Origin: Phyllobates terribilis
Lineage: Eukaryota
Length of the DNA stretch: 64,000 nt
Direction of reading: 5' to 3'
Assembly (NCBI RefSeq): GCF_046119375.1
Contig: NW_027362770.1
Location: 190,836,001-190,900,000 of the forward strand
Both the position numbers and the translations under genes were made by a program. Positions 1-12,600 of the stretch are shown here, one piece after another (position 1 is the stretch's first letter; each line of letters opens with the position of its first letter). Below the pieces are notes generated by a model. The model was given only the letters and a program-made list of their open reading frames with translations. It had not been told where the DNA came from and did not search any database.

Positions 1-71
1 TCACTTTTTGTATTGAAGAACTGAAATAAATTAACTTTTTGATGATATTCACATTTTACGAGATGCGCCTG
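1..71. mobile_element. Terminal inverted repeat end of a Tc1/mariner element (rest lies outside the window)
   Basis: Ends ...GAGATGCGCCTG followed by TA (72-73); bases 1-50 are the reverse complement of the Tc1 terminus at ~29979-30035. Confidence 0.75.
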
Positions 72-907
72 TACCTCTCTGCTGTCCAGAATCCCGGAGT
101 ATCAGCCATATCCTCCTTTTTCTCCTCTCGCTTCTTCAAGCTCAATGTGGACAAATCTGTACTCAATCTTTCCTCCGTCTCACGTATCCACTCTACCCTA
201 TCACAATAAATGACATCATATATTCCCCTGTGCCGGAAATTCACTGCCTTGGAGTACCCTTGACTCTGCTCAGTCCTTCAAAACCCACATACAAACTTAC
301 CACCTCCAGCTCAAAAATATTTCCAGAATCCGTCCTTTCCTCAACCCTCAATCTACTAAAATGCTTGTGCATGCCCCCATCATCTCCCGCCTCGACTACT
401 GCAACATCTTCCTCTGTGGCCTACCTGCGAACACTCTCGCACCTCTCTAGTCCGTACTTAACTCTGCTGCCTCACTAGTTCATCTCGCTCATCCCCCCTT
501 TACAAATCCCTTCATTGGCTCCCAATTCATCGATCTAAAACAGGGGTCTCAAACTCGGCTGGGTATATGGGCCGCACATGGAAAAAATTTGAATTTGGGG
601 GGCCGCATTCTTTGTTCAATGTGACATTTTTAGTGATACCATTTTTTTTTGTATACACCTTTTGAACATTTTTTCCGTGTTTATTTTTTTATGGCTTGGG
701 TCGTTATGGATGTGGCGATAATAAGCGTGCACTTTTTTGTGTTTACTTTAGTTTACATATAAAACAGCATTTTTAGTGCCCAATATTTTTTCATGCTTTA
801 TTTTTATTTTTTGGATTTTTACAATTTTGTTTCCCCCAATTGGCCACATTCAGTAATATTGTCTTACAATTAGCATCATATAGTAATAATGGCAAACATC
901 TTGTAGT

Positions 908-1640
908 AATGTTCCCCATCCAAGTCCCCATCTTGTACTAATGTGCCCCATCCAGGTCCCCATCCTGTGGCTATGTGCCCCATCCAGGTCCCCTCTTGTG
1001 GCTATGTGCCCCATCCAGGACCCCATCCTGTGGCTATGTTCCCCATCCAGGTCCCCATCTTGTGGCTATGTGCCCCATCCAGGTCCCCATCTTGAGGCTA
1101 TGTGCCCCATCCAAGTCCCCTCTTGTGGCTATGTTCCCCATCCAGGTCCCCATCTTGTGGCTATGTGCCCCATCCAGGTCCCCATCTTGAGGCTATGTGC
1201 CCCATCCAGGACCCCATCCTGTGGCTATGTGCCCCATCCAGGTCCCCTCTTGTGGCTATGTGCCCCATCCAGGTCCCCTCTTGTGGCTATGTGCCCCATC
1301 CAGGACCCCATCCTGTGGCTATGTGCCCCATCCAGGTCCCCATCTTGTGGCTATGTGCCCCATCCAGGTCCCCTCTTGTGGCTATGTGCCCCATCCAGGT
1401 CCCCATCTTGTGGCTATGTGCCCCATCCAAGTCCCCTCTTGTGGCTATGTGCCCCATCCAGGTCCCCTCTTGTGGCTATGTTCCCCATCCAGGTCCCCAT
1501 CCTGTGGCTATGTGCCCCATCCAGGTCCCCATCCTGTGGCTATGTGCCCCATCCAGGTCCCCTCTTGTGGCTATGTGCCCCATCCAGGTCCCCATCTTGT
1601 GGCTATGTGCCCCATCCTGGTCCCCTCTTGTGGCTCTGTG
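908..1640. repeat. 31-32 bp minisatellite inside the hAT MITE
   Basis: Tandem GTGGCTATGTGCCCCATCCAGGTCCCC(T/A)TCTT units, about 22 copies. Confidence 0.95.
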
Positions 1641-1751
1641 CCCCCTGTGCTGTTCTTCACACACAAAAAAAAAAAAAAATAGATGATTCTCACCTGTCCT
1701 CCGTTCCCTCGGCGTCCTTCCTGCAGATGTGGCCCGCAGGCACCACAGAGT

Positions 1752-2059
1752 CAGACCCCTTGACGATCCCGACCTGGTCCAGGAGGAGCCGCCGACAGCA
1801 GCGCTGCATTACCGCACAGAGACTGTCTCCCAGCACTGCATTTCCAATGCCAGCCGCCGGCCAATCAGAGGCCAGCAGCTGACATCTGCATATGGCAATG
1901 ACGTCATACTCGCTGCGCCGACACGCAGATATCAGCTGCTGGCCTCTGATTGGCCGGCGGCTGGCATTGGAAATGCAGTGCTGGGAGACAGTCTCTGTGC
2001 GGTAATGCAGCGCTGCTGTCGGCGGCTCCTCCTGGACCTGGTCGGGATCAAGGGGTCTG
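1752..2059. repeat. Long near-perfect inverted repeat (~135-bp arms, ~35-bp loop)
   Basis: 1752-1889 is the reverse complement of 1925-2059 with few mismatches. Confidence 0.9.
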
Positions 2060-2585
2060 TGCCTGCGGCCGCATAAAGCAGCCTCAGGGGCCGCGTGTTT
2101 GAGACCCCTGATCTAAAACAAAGCCATCCATAACCTTTCTCCTCCGTACATCTCCAAATTAATCTACCGATATCTTCAGTCTCCTCTCCTCCACACTTAT
2201 TTGTTCCTCACCCAATTGCCGCAAAGACTTCTCCCGATTATCCCCCTTCCTCTGGAATTCTTTGCTCCAACATGTCCGATTATCCACATTCGGATCCTTC
2301 AAACGTAACATGAAAACCCATCTCTACAAGAAATTTTACAACCTGCAATGACCCCGCTGCCACTGCAATCCCCCCACCCACCTTCAACCTACAGTCTCCT
2401 TCCCCATCATCCTGTAGAATATAAGCCTACAAAGGCAGGGTCCTCTTCTCTCTGTTCCAATCTATCATTGTTAGTTTACATTCTGTAAGTAACCCCTCCT
2501 CATGTACAGTACAACACTATGGAATTAACGGTGCTATATAAATAATCTCTGCTATAGAACAGATAATTCCTGAGATCAGCGGCAC

Positions 2586-2626
2586 CAGCTCTTGTGGTGA
2601 CGGTGTGGGTGGCTCTTAGAAGAGCC
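2586..2626 (-). terminator. Histone 3' stem-loop and downstream element of H2A copy 1
   Basis: Minus strand GGCTCT-TCTA-AGAGCC (2611-2626) followed by ACCCA, and AAGAGCTG (2586-2593). Confidence 0.92.
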
Positions 2627-2661
2627 TTTGGGTTGTGTGGATGATACAGGATCAGCGGCGC

Positions 2662-3780
<1,119 letters not shown>

Positions 3781-3811
3781 TCTGCTCCAAGCTCTGTACC
3801 CACAACCCAAA

Positions 3812-3853
3812 GGCTCTTCTAAGAGCCACCCACCCCGTCTACATCAGAGCTGT
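3812..3853 (+). terminator. Histone 3' stem-loop and downstream element of H2B copy 1
   Basis: GGCTCT-TCTA-AGAGCC 3812-3827 then ACCCA; CAGAGCTG about 17 nt later. Confidence 0.92.
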
Positions 3854-3894
3854 GGCTGCTTGGGTGTCCTGCAAGAAATTCCGTGCAGGAACGT

Positions 3895-5075
3895 ATTGCA
3901 AAAAAATATAGTTGACCACCAGGATGGATCCATGAAAGAGAAGTTATGCCTAACCTACATGTTAGACTTCTGAGAAGGTAAGTGCTATTATGGTTGTTGG
4001 TCATGCGTCCAATGTGATATATCTGGACTTTGCAAAGGCGTCTGACGCTGAACCACACAACAGCCAGAAGCCGGGACTCGGTCCAGTATGCAGATGGGTG
4101 AAGAACTGGTTAAGGGACAGGAAACATGTTTTAAATGGTAGATTTTCTAAGTATGATATTGCCAGAAGTGGGGACCTCGGATCTGTACTGGGAGCAGATG
4201 TGGGCGAAGCACAGAACTGTTGGGGATTTTGAATTTCCCGCTCTTTTTACTGTCCTTTTTCCACTTTCTATCATGATGTTGGTCACAAATGGTTCTGATA
4301 GTGAAGTATACCCTACATATCCTGCTGTATACCCCCTTATAATGCTATATACCATCCATATAATGTTGTATACCCTTTATATAGTGCTATAGATTCTCCA
4401 TATACTGCTGTAAATCATCATGTGCTGTATACTCCCCATATAGTGCTCCGTATACCCCCATATATACCAGATAATCAGATCTCGCAGCCCCTACATTGGA
4501 GACCACCCTATTGATCATTTACAGTCCCCACAAACCCCTGCACCATAAATGAAGTGTTTCAGGAACTCATCCCTTCTCCTGAAACACTCTGACCCCACAA
4601 TAAAGAGGTCAGATAAGGCAGATCACTGGATCACCACCTTGTTCTGCTGCTCCTCTTTATAAAGTGTGAATTCTGCCTGATGCAAAGCTTTTACCTCTAC
4701 ATCAGGTGATTCATTTAATAATCTGTTAGGTGGGGACCACAAGGATCTGGACTGGGAGCAGTAGGGGCCAAAAAGAGGTTTGGAATAATTATCTTTAATC
4801 TCTTCTTTAATGACCTTGTGAAGGAGAGTAAAGTTCCAGTCTACAGAAAAGGACTTGGGAGTTCTGGTTACAAGTTGAGCAATCAATATCAGGCAGCAGC
4901 AACAAAAGCAAATAAGATTTGAGGATGTATAAAGAGATCATTTGATCCCAATGTATTTGTGGCCTCTAGATATTTATAGAGGGGTAGCCTTTATAATATG
5001 GGATCCAGTTTGGGGCTCCACGTCTTAAAAGTATTAAAGGTGTCACCTAGATTAACATTGGCATGTTATGAAGGA
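3895..5075 (+). mobile_element. Fragmented CR1 LINE reverse transcriptase relic
   Basis: Translates to VIYLDFAKAS..., GSVLG, STEKDLGVLV and QAAATKANK-like CR1 RT motifs; interrupted by non-CR1 sequence at ~4198-4742. Confidence 0.7.
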
Positions 5076-5095
5076 CTCCTGCTGGTCACCTCTCA

Positions 5096-5423
5096 CTTAA
5101 TGAACCCATTCTCTGAGCACTGGGTCCTAGTGCCCTCTGCCTCCAGTGTTCTCCTGGTAATGGGGGAGGATGGGCTGTTAACTCTTTCAGTGCTCAGCTG
5201 CATTTTCATGTTTCTCAATGTTCAGATCTGCACTTCCTCTGATGTTACACACCCTTTGCTCCCCAGGCCAGTGGAGAAACCTGATCAATGAACTTTCAAA
5301 GACTGATCTATTTCTTGGTCTGAATCTCACATTGTTATTAATGGAGAAGCCAATCACATGTTTTTCACAGCAGGATCGGTTGCTGAGATAAATGAGCAAA
5401 GGACAAGATGGTGGGTATAAAGC
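5096..5423 (+). repeat. Dispersed ~325-bp spacer block, paralogous to 42803-43121
   Basis: Shared strings CTGGGTCCTAGTGCCCTCTG, GATGGGCTGTTAACTCTTTCAGTGCTC, GCTGAGATAAATGAGCA. Confidence 0.85.
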
Positions 5424-5573
5424 ACCATATAGATTTATACAGCACTATATGGGGGTTTATGGCACTACATGGATGAATACAGTAATTTTTATTTATATAG
5501 CGCCAACATATTCCACAGCATTTTACATTTTAGAGGGGACTTGTACAGACAATAAAACACATTACAGAATAAC

Positions 5574-6822
5574 CTGTATAAACCTATAAGAGAAATGGTG
5601 CACCCCAAAAATGCAACTCAGTGCTAGAGAATGAATTAAAAGATATATATTTTATTTAAGTATAGTTAAAAACCAAAATCACTACAAAAATATAAAAGAA
5701 AGATCAATGGGTATGAGGTGAGAGATACATGAAAGAAAGATCACAGAGGGGCATAGGGGCTCTATATATAAGGGTGCATAAGGGTCCTTTGTATTAATAG
5801 ATGCCAAAACGGCAGTATTCATGGTTTAAGCCACAAACATGCATGGACTCATAGGACAGTACCAGTGCCATGCGCACAATTCAAATAGCAACCTAGTAAA
5901 CAGTATACACATATATGTGCGCTCGCCACTTAACATGAGTCAGGCTTACCCATATGTATCCCGCTGTGATCGCGCCCCGACGTGCGTTTCACGTGGTAGG
6001 CTTCCTCGGGGGGCGGTGTGGTATGTATGAGGTCTCATGTCCATTTATATCCCCATCCTCAATCAAAATGTCCATAACAGCCATTGGTGACGGCGCACGC
6101 GAGCGAAATCCCGGCGTCCATAGGTCACTTCCAGCCATCGCGATGACGGCGCGGGTCAGGAAAGTGTTTCCTGTGATGTCATTTCCCGCGTCGCATCGTA
6201 TGGATGCCTTCGGTGATGATGGTGCTGCAGGGACCCACAGCACGTGCGCACATCCAGGTGGCCATTTTCCTTATGGGCAAAAATGAAGGGCAGAACTCAC
6301 CACTCTCTCGTCTTAAATCATTGTCCAATTAGTGGGTTGTGGAGAGTATTGGGACCGGGGGACCAAGAGAGGAGCATAGAGAGACAACAAACGGGACAGT
6401 CACAATCCGTATGGGAACAAGTAAATCTCATTAAATGGGACATCACTCAAATGCAATATGCGTCGGCATATGTGGTCCCAAGGAAGACAATCCTATATTT
6501 CTTCTGCGTTCCCAAATCTAGGACTGTGTTTATCTCCATATGCGCTCCATTTCTCACAGGATCCCATAATGGCTTATAGAGTTGAGGGTCACGTCCATCA
6601 ATAGGTAGGGTATATAAATAGAGACATCAAAGATAATCTTGTATCCAACTATAGAATGTGAAGAGTATATAAAAATCAGTTAAAAGAACAACATACAAAT
6701 TTAAAACCATTTGGAGAGAGAGGGACAAAAACACGGATTAGCTCTTATAGAAAAGGTGAGAACGATAGTTTTTCATTTAGCCCAGAGGGGGACATGGTGT
6801 CCAGAGCGAAAATCCAACGACA
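5574..6822 (-). repeat. Inverted copy of the Penelope pseudo-LTR
   Basis: Near-identical reverse complement of ~14018-15266; the ORF track gives matching peptides on opposite strands (e.g. 6244-6579 vs 14263-14598). Confidence 0.93.
5973..6015 (-). ncRNA. Minimal type I hammerhead ribozyme motif in the inverted pLTR
   Basis: Minus strand CGCCCC-CCGAGGA-A-GC-CTACCAC-GT-GAA-AC-GCAC-GT-C-GGGGCG: stem I, core with U4C, short stem II, 2-bp stem III, GUC triplet. Confidence 0.7.
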
Positions 6823-8009
6823 AAAAAAATATATATATATATCTTTTAATTCATTCTCTAGCACTGAGTTGCATTTTTGGGGTGCACCATTTCTCTTATA
6901 GGTTTATATACATTATGATGTGGTAAAATCCCCTCTTTCCCCATGTATGGGATAACATGTGAGTTAATCACCCGTTGCGTAGGTATTATGCATATATTGA
7001 CTATACTGTGTATTTTCACAGCTATTCAACCTGAACGCATGGACTATAAGGCACGTGAGAAAACGTGGCTTACCAAACTAGATGAGGTATTTGGTGAGGA
7101 ATCATGTGTGGTTTTAAAAACTGGAGAGACTGAAGACTTGATTACTAAGTTAAAACAACTTTATAATAAGAAAACATGGATATGGTGGAACAAAGCTTTT
7201 CTAGAGAGATATATTAACCCCTTAAGCCCTGCGGGTGGTTTGCACGTTAATGACCGGGCCAATTTTTACAATTCTGACCACTGTCACTTTGAGGTAATTA
7301 CTCTGGAACGCTTCAACGGATCCCCCTGATTCTGAGACTGTTTTTTCGTGACATATTGTACTTCATGATTGTGGAAAAATTTCTTCGATATCACTTGCGT
7401 TTATTTGTGAAAAAAACGGAAATTTGGCGAAAATTTTTAAAATTTTGCAATTTTCAAAATTTTAATTTTTAAGCCCTGAAATCAGAGCGATATGTCACAC
7501 AAAAGAGTTAATAAATAACATTTCCCACATGTCTACTTTACATCAGCACAATTTTGGAACCAAAATTTTTTTTTATTAGGGAGCTATAAGGGTTAAAAGT
7601 TGACCAGCGATTTCTCATTTTTCCAACAAAATTTACAAAACCATTTTTTTAGGGACCACATCACATTTGAAGTCACTTTGAGAGGTCTGTATGACAGAAA
7701 ATACCCAAAAGTGACACCATTCTAAAAACTGCACCCCTCAAGGTGCTCAAAACCACATTCAAGAACTTTATTAACCCTTCAGGTGCTTCACAGGAATTTT
7801 TTGAATGTGGAAGAAAAAAATGAACATTTAACTTTTTTCACAAAAATGTTACTTTAGACCCAATTTTTTTTATTTTCACAGGGGTAACAAGAAAAAATGG
7901 ACCCCAAAATTTGTTGTGCAATTTCCCCTGGGCACGCAGATACCCAATATTTGGGGAAAAAACACTGTTTAGGCGCAAATTTGCTTGAATAACTAGCGGA
8001 CGCCATGTT

Positions 8010-9200
8010 GTGTTTGGAGAGCCCATGTGTGCCCAAACTTTGGAGCTCCCCCACAAGTGACCCCATTTTGGAAACTAGACCCCCCAAGGCACCTTTCTAG
8101 ATGCATAGTGAGCACTTGGAACCCCCAGGTGCTTCACAAATTGATTCGTAACAATGAAAAAGTGAAAAAAAAAACACTTTTTCATTTTTATGAATCAATT
8201 TGTGAAGCACCTGAGGGTTCCAAGTGCTCACAATGCATCTAGATAGGTGCCTTGGGGGGTCTAGTTTCCAAAATGGGGTCACTTGTGGGGGAGCTCCAAT
8301 GTTTGGGCACACAGCGGCTCTCCAAACGCAACATGGTGTCACTAACAATTTGAGCCGATTTTCCGTTAAATTTGTTAGAGGACACCATGTTGCATTTAGA
8401 GAGTCCCTGTGTGCCCAAACATTGGAGCTCCCCCACAAGTGACCCCATTTTGGAAACTAGACCCCCCAAGGCACCCATCTAGATGCATAGTGAGCACTTG
8501 GAACCCCCAGGTGCTTCACAAATTGATTCGTAACAATGAAAAAGTGAAAAAAAAACACTTTTTCATTTTTATGAATCAATTTGTGAAGCACCTGAGGGTT
8601 CCAAGTGCTCACTATGCATCTAGATAGGTGCCTTGGGTGGTCTAGTTTCCAAAATGGGGTCACTTGTGGGGGAGCTCCAATATTTGGGCACACAGCGGCT
8701 CTCTAAATGCAACATGGTGTCCGCTAACAAATTTAACGCAAAATTGGCTCAAATTGTTAGCGACACCATGTTGCGTTTGGAGAGCCGCTGTGTGCCCAAA
8801 CATTGGAGCTCCCCCACAAGTGACCCCATTTTGGAAACTAGACCCCCCAAGGCACCTATCTAGATTCATAGTGAGCACTTGGAACCCCAGGTGCTTCACA
8901 AATTGATTCATAAAAATGAAAGTGTTTTTTTTTCATTGTTACGAATCAATTTGTGAAGCACCTGGGGGTTCCAAGTGCTCACTATGCATCTAGATAGGTG
9001 CCTTGGGGGGTCTAGTTTCCAAAATGGGGTCACTTGTGGGGGAGCTCCAATGTTTGGGCACACAGGGGCTCTCCAAACGCAACATGGCGTCCGCTAACAA
9101 TTTGAGCCGATTTTCCATTCAATTTGTTAGCGGACACCATGTCGCGTTTGGAGAGCCCGTGATGTGCCTAAACAGTGGAGCTCCCCCACAAGTGTCCCCA
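8010..9200. repeat. Array of alternating inverted ~130-bp modules with ~380-bp period
   Basis: GCCCAAAC recurs at 8031, 8413, 8794 and (variant) 9166, with its reverse complement between; similar ORFs appear on both strands. Confidence 0.9.
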
Positions 9201-9320
9201 TTTTGGAAACTATACCCCTCAAGGATTTTATTAAGGTGTATAGTGAACATTTTGAACCCAGAGGTACGGCACATTATTTGTTTACATTAGGTCATCATAT
9301 TGAATAAGTTGTCATTATTC

Positions 9321-9615
9321 TTGAGCGCAAGTGCTCGCTACTTGAGTTTGCATTGGGTACTCAGGTATGCACCATGTACAGCGTGTGCTCGAGTGACATG
9401 CTCGAGTCCCTGCTCCGCATGTTTCACGGTTATTAGACACCCAAAAAAAAACATGCGGGGATCGCTCGTGCATGGCAGGCAATCCCCGTAAAGTTTTTTG
9501 GCCGCGAAGCATATGGGGCAGAGACTCGAGCATGTCACTCAAATACCCACGATACTCAATGCATACCAGAGCACCCGATGCAAACTCAAGTAGCGAGCAC
9601 TTGCTCTCAACACTA
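9321..9615. mobile_element. Short MITE with TAGTGTTGAG-type termini (same terminus type as the large hAT elements)
   Basis: TTGAGCGCAAGTGCTCGCTACTTGAGTTTGCAT ... ATGCAAACTCAAGTAGCGAGCACTTGCTCTCAACACTA; left tip eroded, TSD not seen. Confidence 0.7.
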
Positions 9616-12600
9616 GTCGCCATATCGTCATCTTTTTTTCTTACTTTTGAAAAAAATCCCAACCCCAGCCCTAGCCCCAGCACAACCCTAGCCCCAGCAC
9701 AACCCTAGCCCTAACCCTAGCCCAATCCTAACCCAAGAGTTTATTTTTGACGCCGTTCCTTGTGCGGTATAAGTGATTAGACGAGTTTATTCTTCGGGTC
9801 GGTGTGATTACAGCAATGCCAGAATCATATGGGGTTTTTATGACTGACAGCTGTCACACACTAAAAGACGCATTTTTTGTAAAATCTAATTTTTGCATCG
9901 CCATATTTTGAGAGCTATAATTTTTCAAGATTTTGGCAGACAGTCATGTGACGGCTCGTTTTTTGCGGGATGACGTGACGTTGTTATTGGTGCCATTTTC
10001 AGGCACGTGACATTTTTTGATCGCTTTCTATTCCGATTTTTGGGAGGCAGAATAAACAAAAACCAACAATTCAGGAATTGTTTTTTTTTTTTTTTTATTC
10101 TGTTCCGCGTGTGGTAAAATTGATGAGGTAGCTTTATTCTTCGGGTCAGTATGTTTACAGCGGTACCACATTTGTATCATTTTTCTATGTTTTGGCGCTT
10201 ATACACAATAAAAGCTATTTTATAGAAAAAAATATTTTTTAGTATCGCTTTATTCTGAGAGCTATAACTTTTTTATTTTTCGGCTGATGGAGCTGTATGG
10301 TGGCTTGTTTTTTGCGGGACGAGATGACGTTTTCAGCGGTATCATTTTTATTTATATGCGTCATTTTGATCGCGTGTTATTCCACTTTTTGTTTGGCGGT
10401 ATGGTGATAAAGCATTGTTTTTTGCTTCGTTTTTTTTTTTTTTTTTTTTTTACCGTGTTCACTGAAGGGGTTAACTAGTGGGACAGTTTTATAGGTCAGG
10501 TTGTTCCGGACGCAGCGATACCAAATGTGTACTTTTATTGTTTTTTTTTTAATTTTTTTTATAATATTTATTGATGGGTACATTATATTTTTATTTTTGG
10601 TGTATTATTTTTTTTATTTTATAATATTTTTGCACATTTTTTTTTTTTTTTTCCCACTTTCACACAGTTTATACACTTTATTACTTTGTCCCACTCTGGG
10701 ACTTTCACTTTTTTTTTTCTGATAGCCTGCATGGCACAGGAATGGAGCACCATCCCTATGCCATGAAGGCTGTCAGAAGTGCACAGTGTGAAGATTGCTT
10801 GGAGATGCACTGTGCATGTCCAAGCAATCTTCCTGCTCTCTGGTGACCCGGATGTTGTCATGACGACATCGGGTCGTCATGGCAACACCCGGGAAGCCTT
10901 TGCAGACTGCGCTGGAAGCCGGAAGAGGAGGTGAGTATCGCCGATCACCTCCCCTTGCCCCCACAATGCCGCGATCGACTTCGATCGCAGCATCGCGGGG
11001 GTTAATGTGCTGGGAGCGGTGCAGGACCGCTCCCTGCACATAGTACCGGGTGTCAGCTGTGACAATCAGCTGACACCCGGCGGCGATCGCGCCCGCACAG
11101 CCTGTGTGCGCGCGCGATCGCCATGACGTACTAATACGGGTCTGGGTATTAAGTCCCAGGGCACAGACGCGTATTAGTACGTCAGATGTCAGTAAGGGGT
11201 TAAGGGACTGATTCCCCGAGGCCTTCGCGTGCAGGTTTTTCCTCCATTTACAATTGAAGATGAGGGGTTTAAGAAGGAGTGGGAAAACCTATCTAACTGC
11301 TCCAGGGGGTACATGGAATTATTAATCAAATCCAATATGACCACCCTGGAAATGATTGAAAGTGAAATCAACTCAATCCAGGTGACTTTGACAGAAAAAC
11401 TTGACTCTGAAGCATTGTTGAAGGTTAATAAAGATCAGGAGGGGGACTTTGTGATATGGGAAAAAGAGATTGTGAATTCTAAGTCTAAAAAATATCAAAG
11501 GGATCTCTTGGATTACGCTGAGAACCATGTTTATAGATGGAGGAACAAACAGAGGTCGAACAATGCGACCCCCAGACCCCGGACACACTCTTTCTCATCC
11601 TTATCCTCAATGGATGAGGATCCCTCTACAAGCAGCCAGTTTGGCAATACTTATAAAGAGCGGATTGGTCAGGCAAGGCAAGGATCTAATAAGGGCAAAA
11701 GCCAGAATAAACGCAAACTAACACCACCCCAGTCCAAGGAAAAGAAGCCCAAACAAAGCAATAGTTTAGAGGTAATCAACCTTTCTGAACACGTATTAAC
11801 CGATGCACAACGGGAAGTACTTAGCTTAGGTCTTACTTTTGTCCCTGATAACAACTTTGATTCTTTTTTAGCAATAAAAGACTTACAACTCTTTCTAAGA
11901 AAAGTAACTTTACGAAAACTTCATACTCGCCCGGTGAGTGGACAGGACCTGAATACCTTACAAGAGGAGGAAGCGTTAGCGGCATTGGAGGTGTTGGCAC
12001 AAGAGAGTATCCCTGCTGCTACAGGTGCCTTCCCGTCCTCGGTGTTGCCTAGATCGACCACGTTCCCCCCCCTTCTCCCTGTGCCCCCAGATAGAAATAT
12101 TTAACAAACTTGTTAATGAGGATTTTAAAAGGATTCCCAATTGGAGGAGAAATGATAATTTGACGGGGGTCCAACATAAAGCCCTCAAGGAATTGAGGGG
12201 CATGAAGGATGTGGTCATAAAACCAGCAGATAAGGGGGGCAATGTGGTGGTCTGGCCGGCTCGGAGGTACAAGAAGGAGGCCTTTAGACAGCTGAGGGAC
12301 CGTGAGGCATATACCCCTCTTACCCATAATCCCTTGAGTGACTTCTCTCAAACTCTAATTGATATTCTGGAACGAGCATTTGCACAGGGGATCATCCCCC
12401 AAAAAATATTTGATGGGTTGGTGGTACAGTGTCCGGTAGTCCCTACATTCTGTTTACTACCCAAAGTACATAAGAATGCTCTCGAACCCCCGGGACGTCC
12501 GATTGTCTCTGGCATAGGAGGGCTTTGTGACCCTGTGTGCAAATTTATTGAACACTACTTACATCCTTTGGTCGAAACCTTGCCCTCCTATGTCAGGGAC

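Larger units (their letters stand above)
541..2110. mobile_element. Non-autonomous hAT (Charlie-like) DNA transposon
   Basis: Perfect 14-bp TIR CAGGGGTCTCAAAC/GTTTGAGACCCCTG; 8-bp TSD ATCTAAAA at 533-540 and 2111-2118, resembling the Charlie NTCTAGAN target. Confidence 0.9.
74..2545 (+). mobile_element. Degenerate L2/CR1-clade LINE 3' fragment (RT C-terminus and tail), interrupted by a hAT MITE
   Basis: Pyrimidine-rich RT-like relic (ctcaatgtggacaaa, ctcgactactgcaac) continues after 2118 and ends in a GTGCTATATAAATAA tail; boundaries approximate. Confidence 0.7.
7218..11199. mobile_element. Non-autonomous TTAA-targeting (piggyBac-like) DNA element, ~4 kb
   Basis: TTAA at 7214-7217 and 11200-11203; ends CCCCTTA...TAAGGGG; excision restores the Penelope reading frame; no transposase ORF. 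Confidence 0.85.

Noticed and set aside
941-1882. Long overlapping ORFs (313, 194, 161 aa)
   Set aside because: Translations of a 31-32 bp minisatellite; the same peptide appears in all frames
5839-6579. ORFs duplicated at 14263-15003 on the other strand
   Set aside because: They only reflect the inverted pLTR copy; no recognisable domains
9660-9735. AACCCT-like repeats suggesting an interstitial telomere
   Set aside because: Short, degenerate, and internal to the TTAA element
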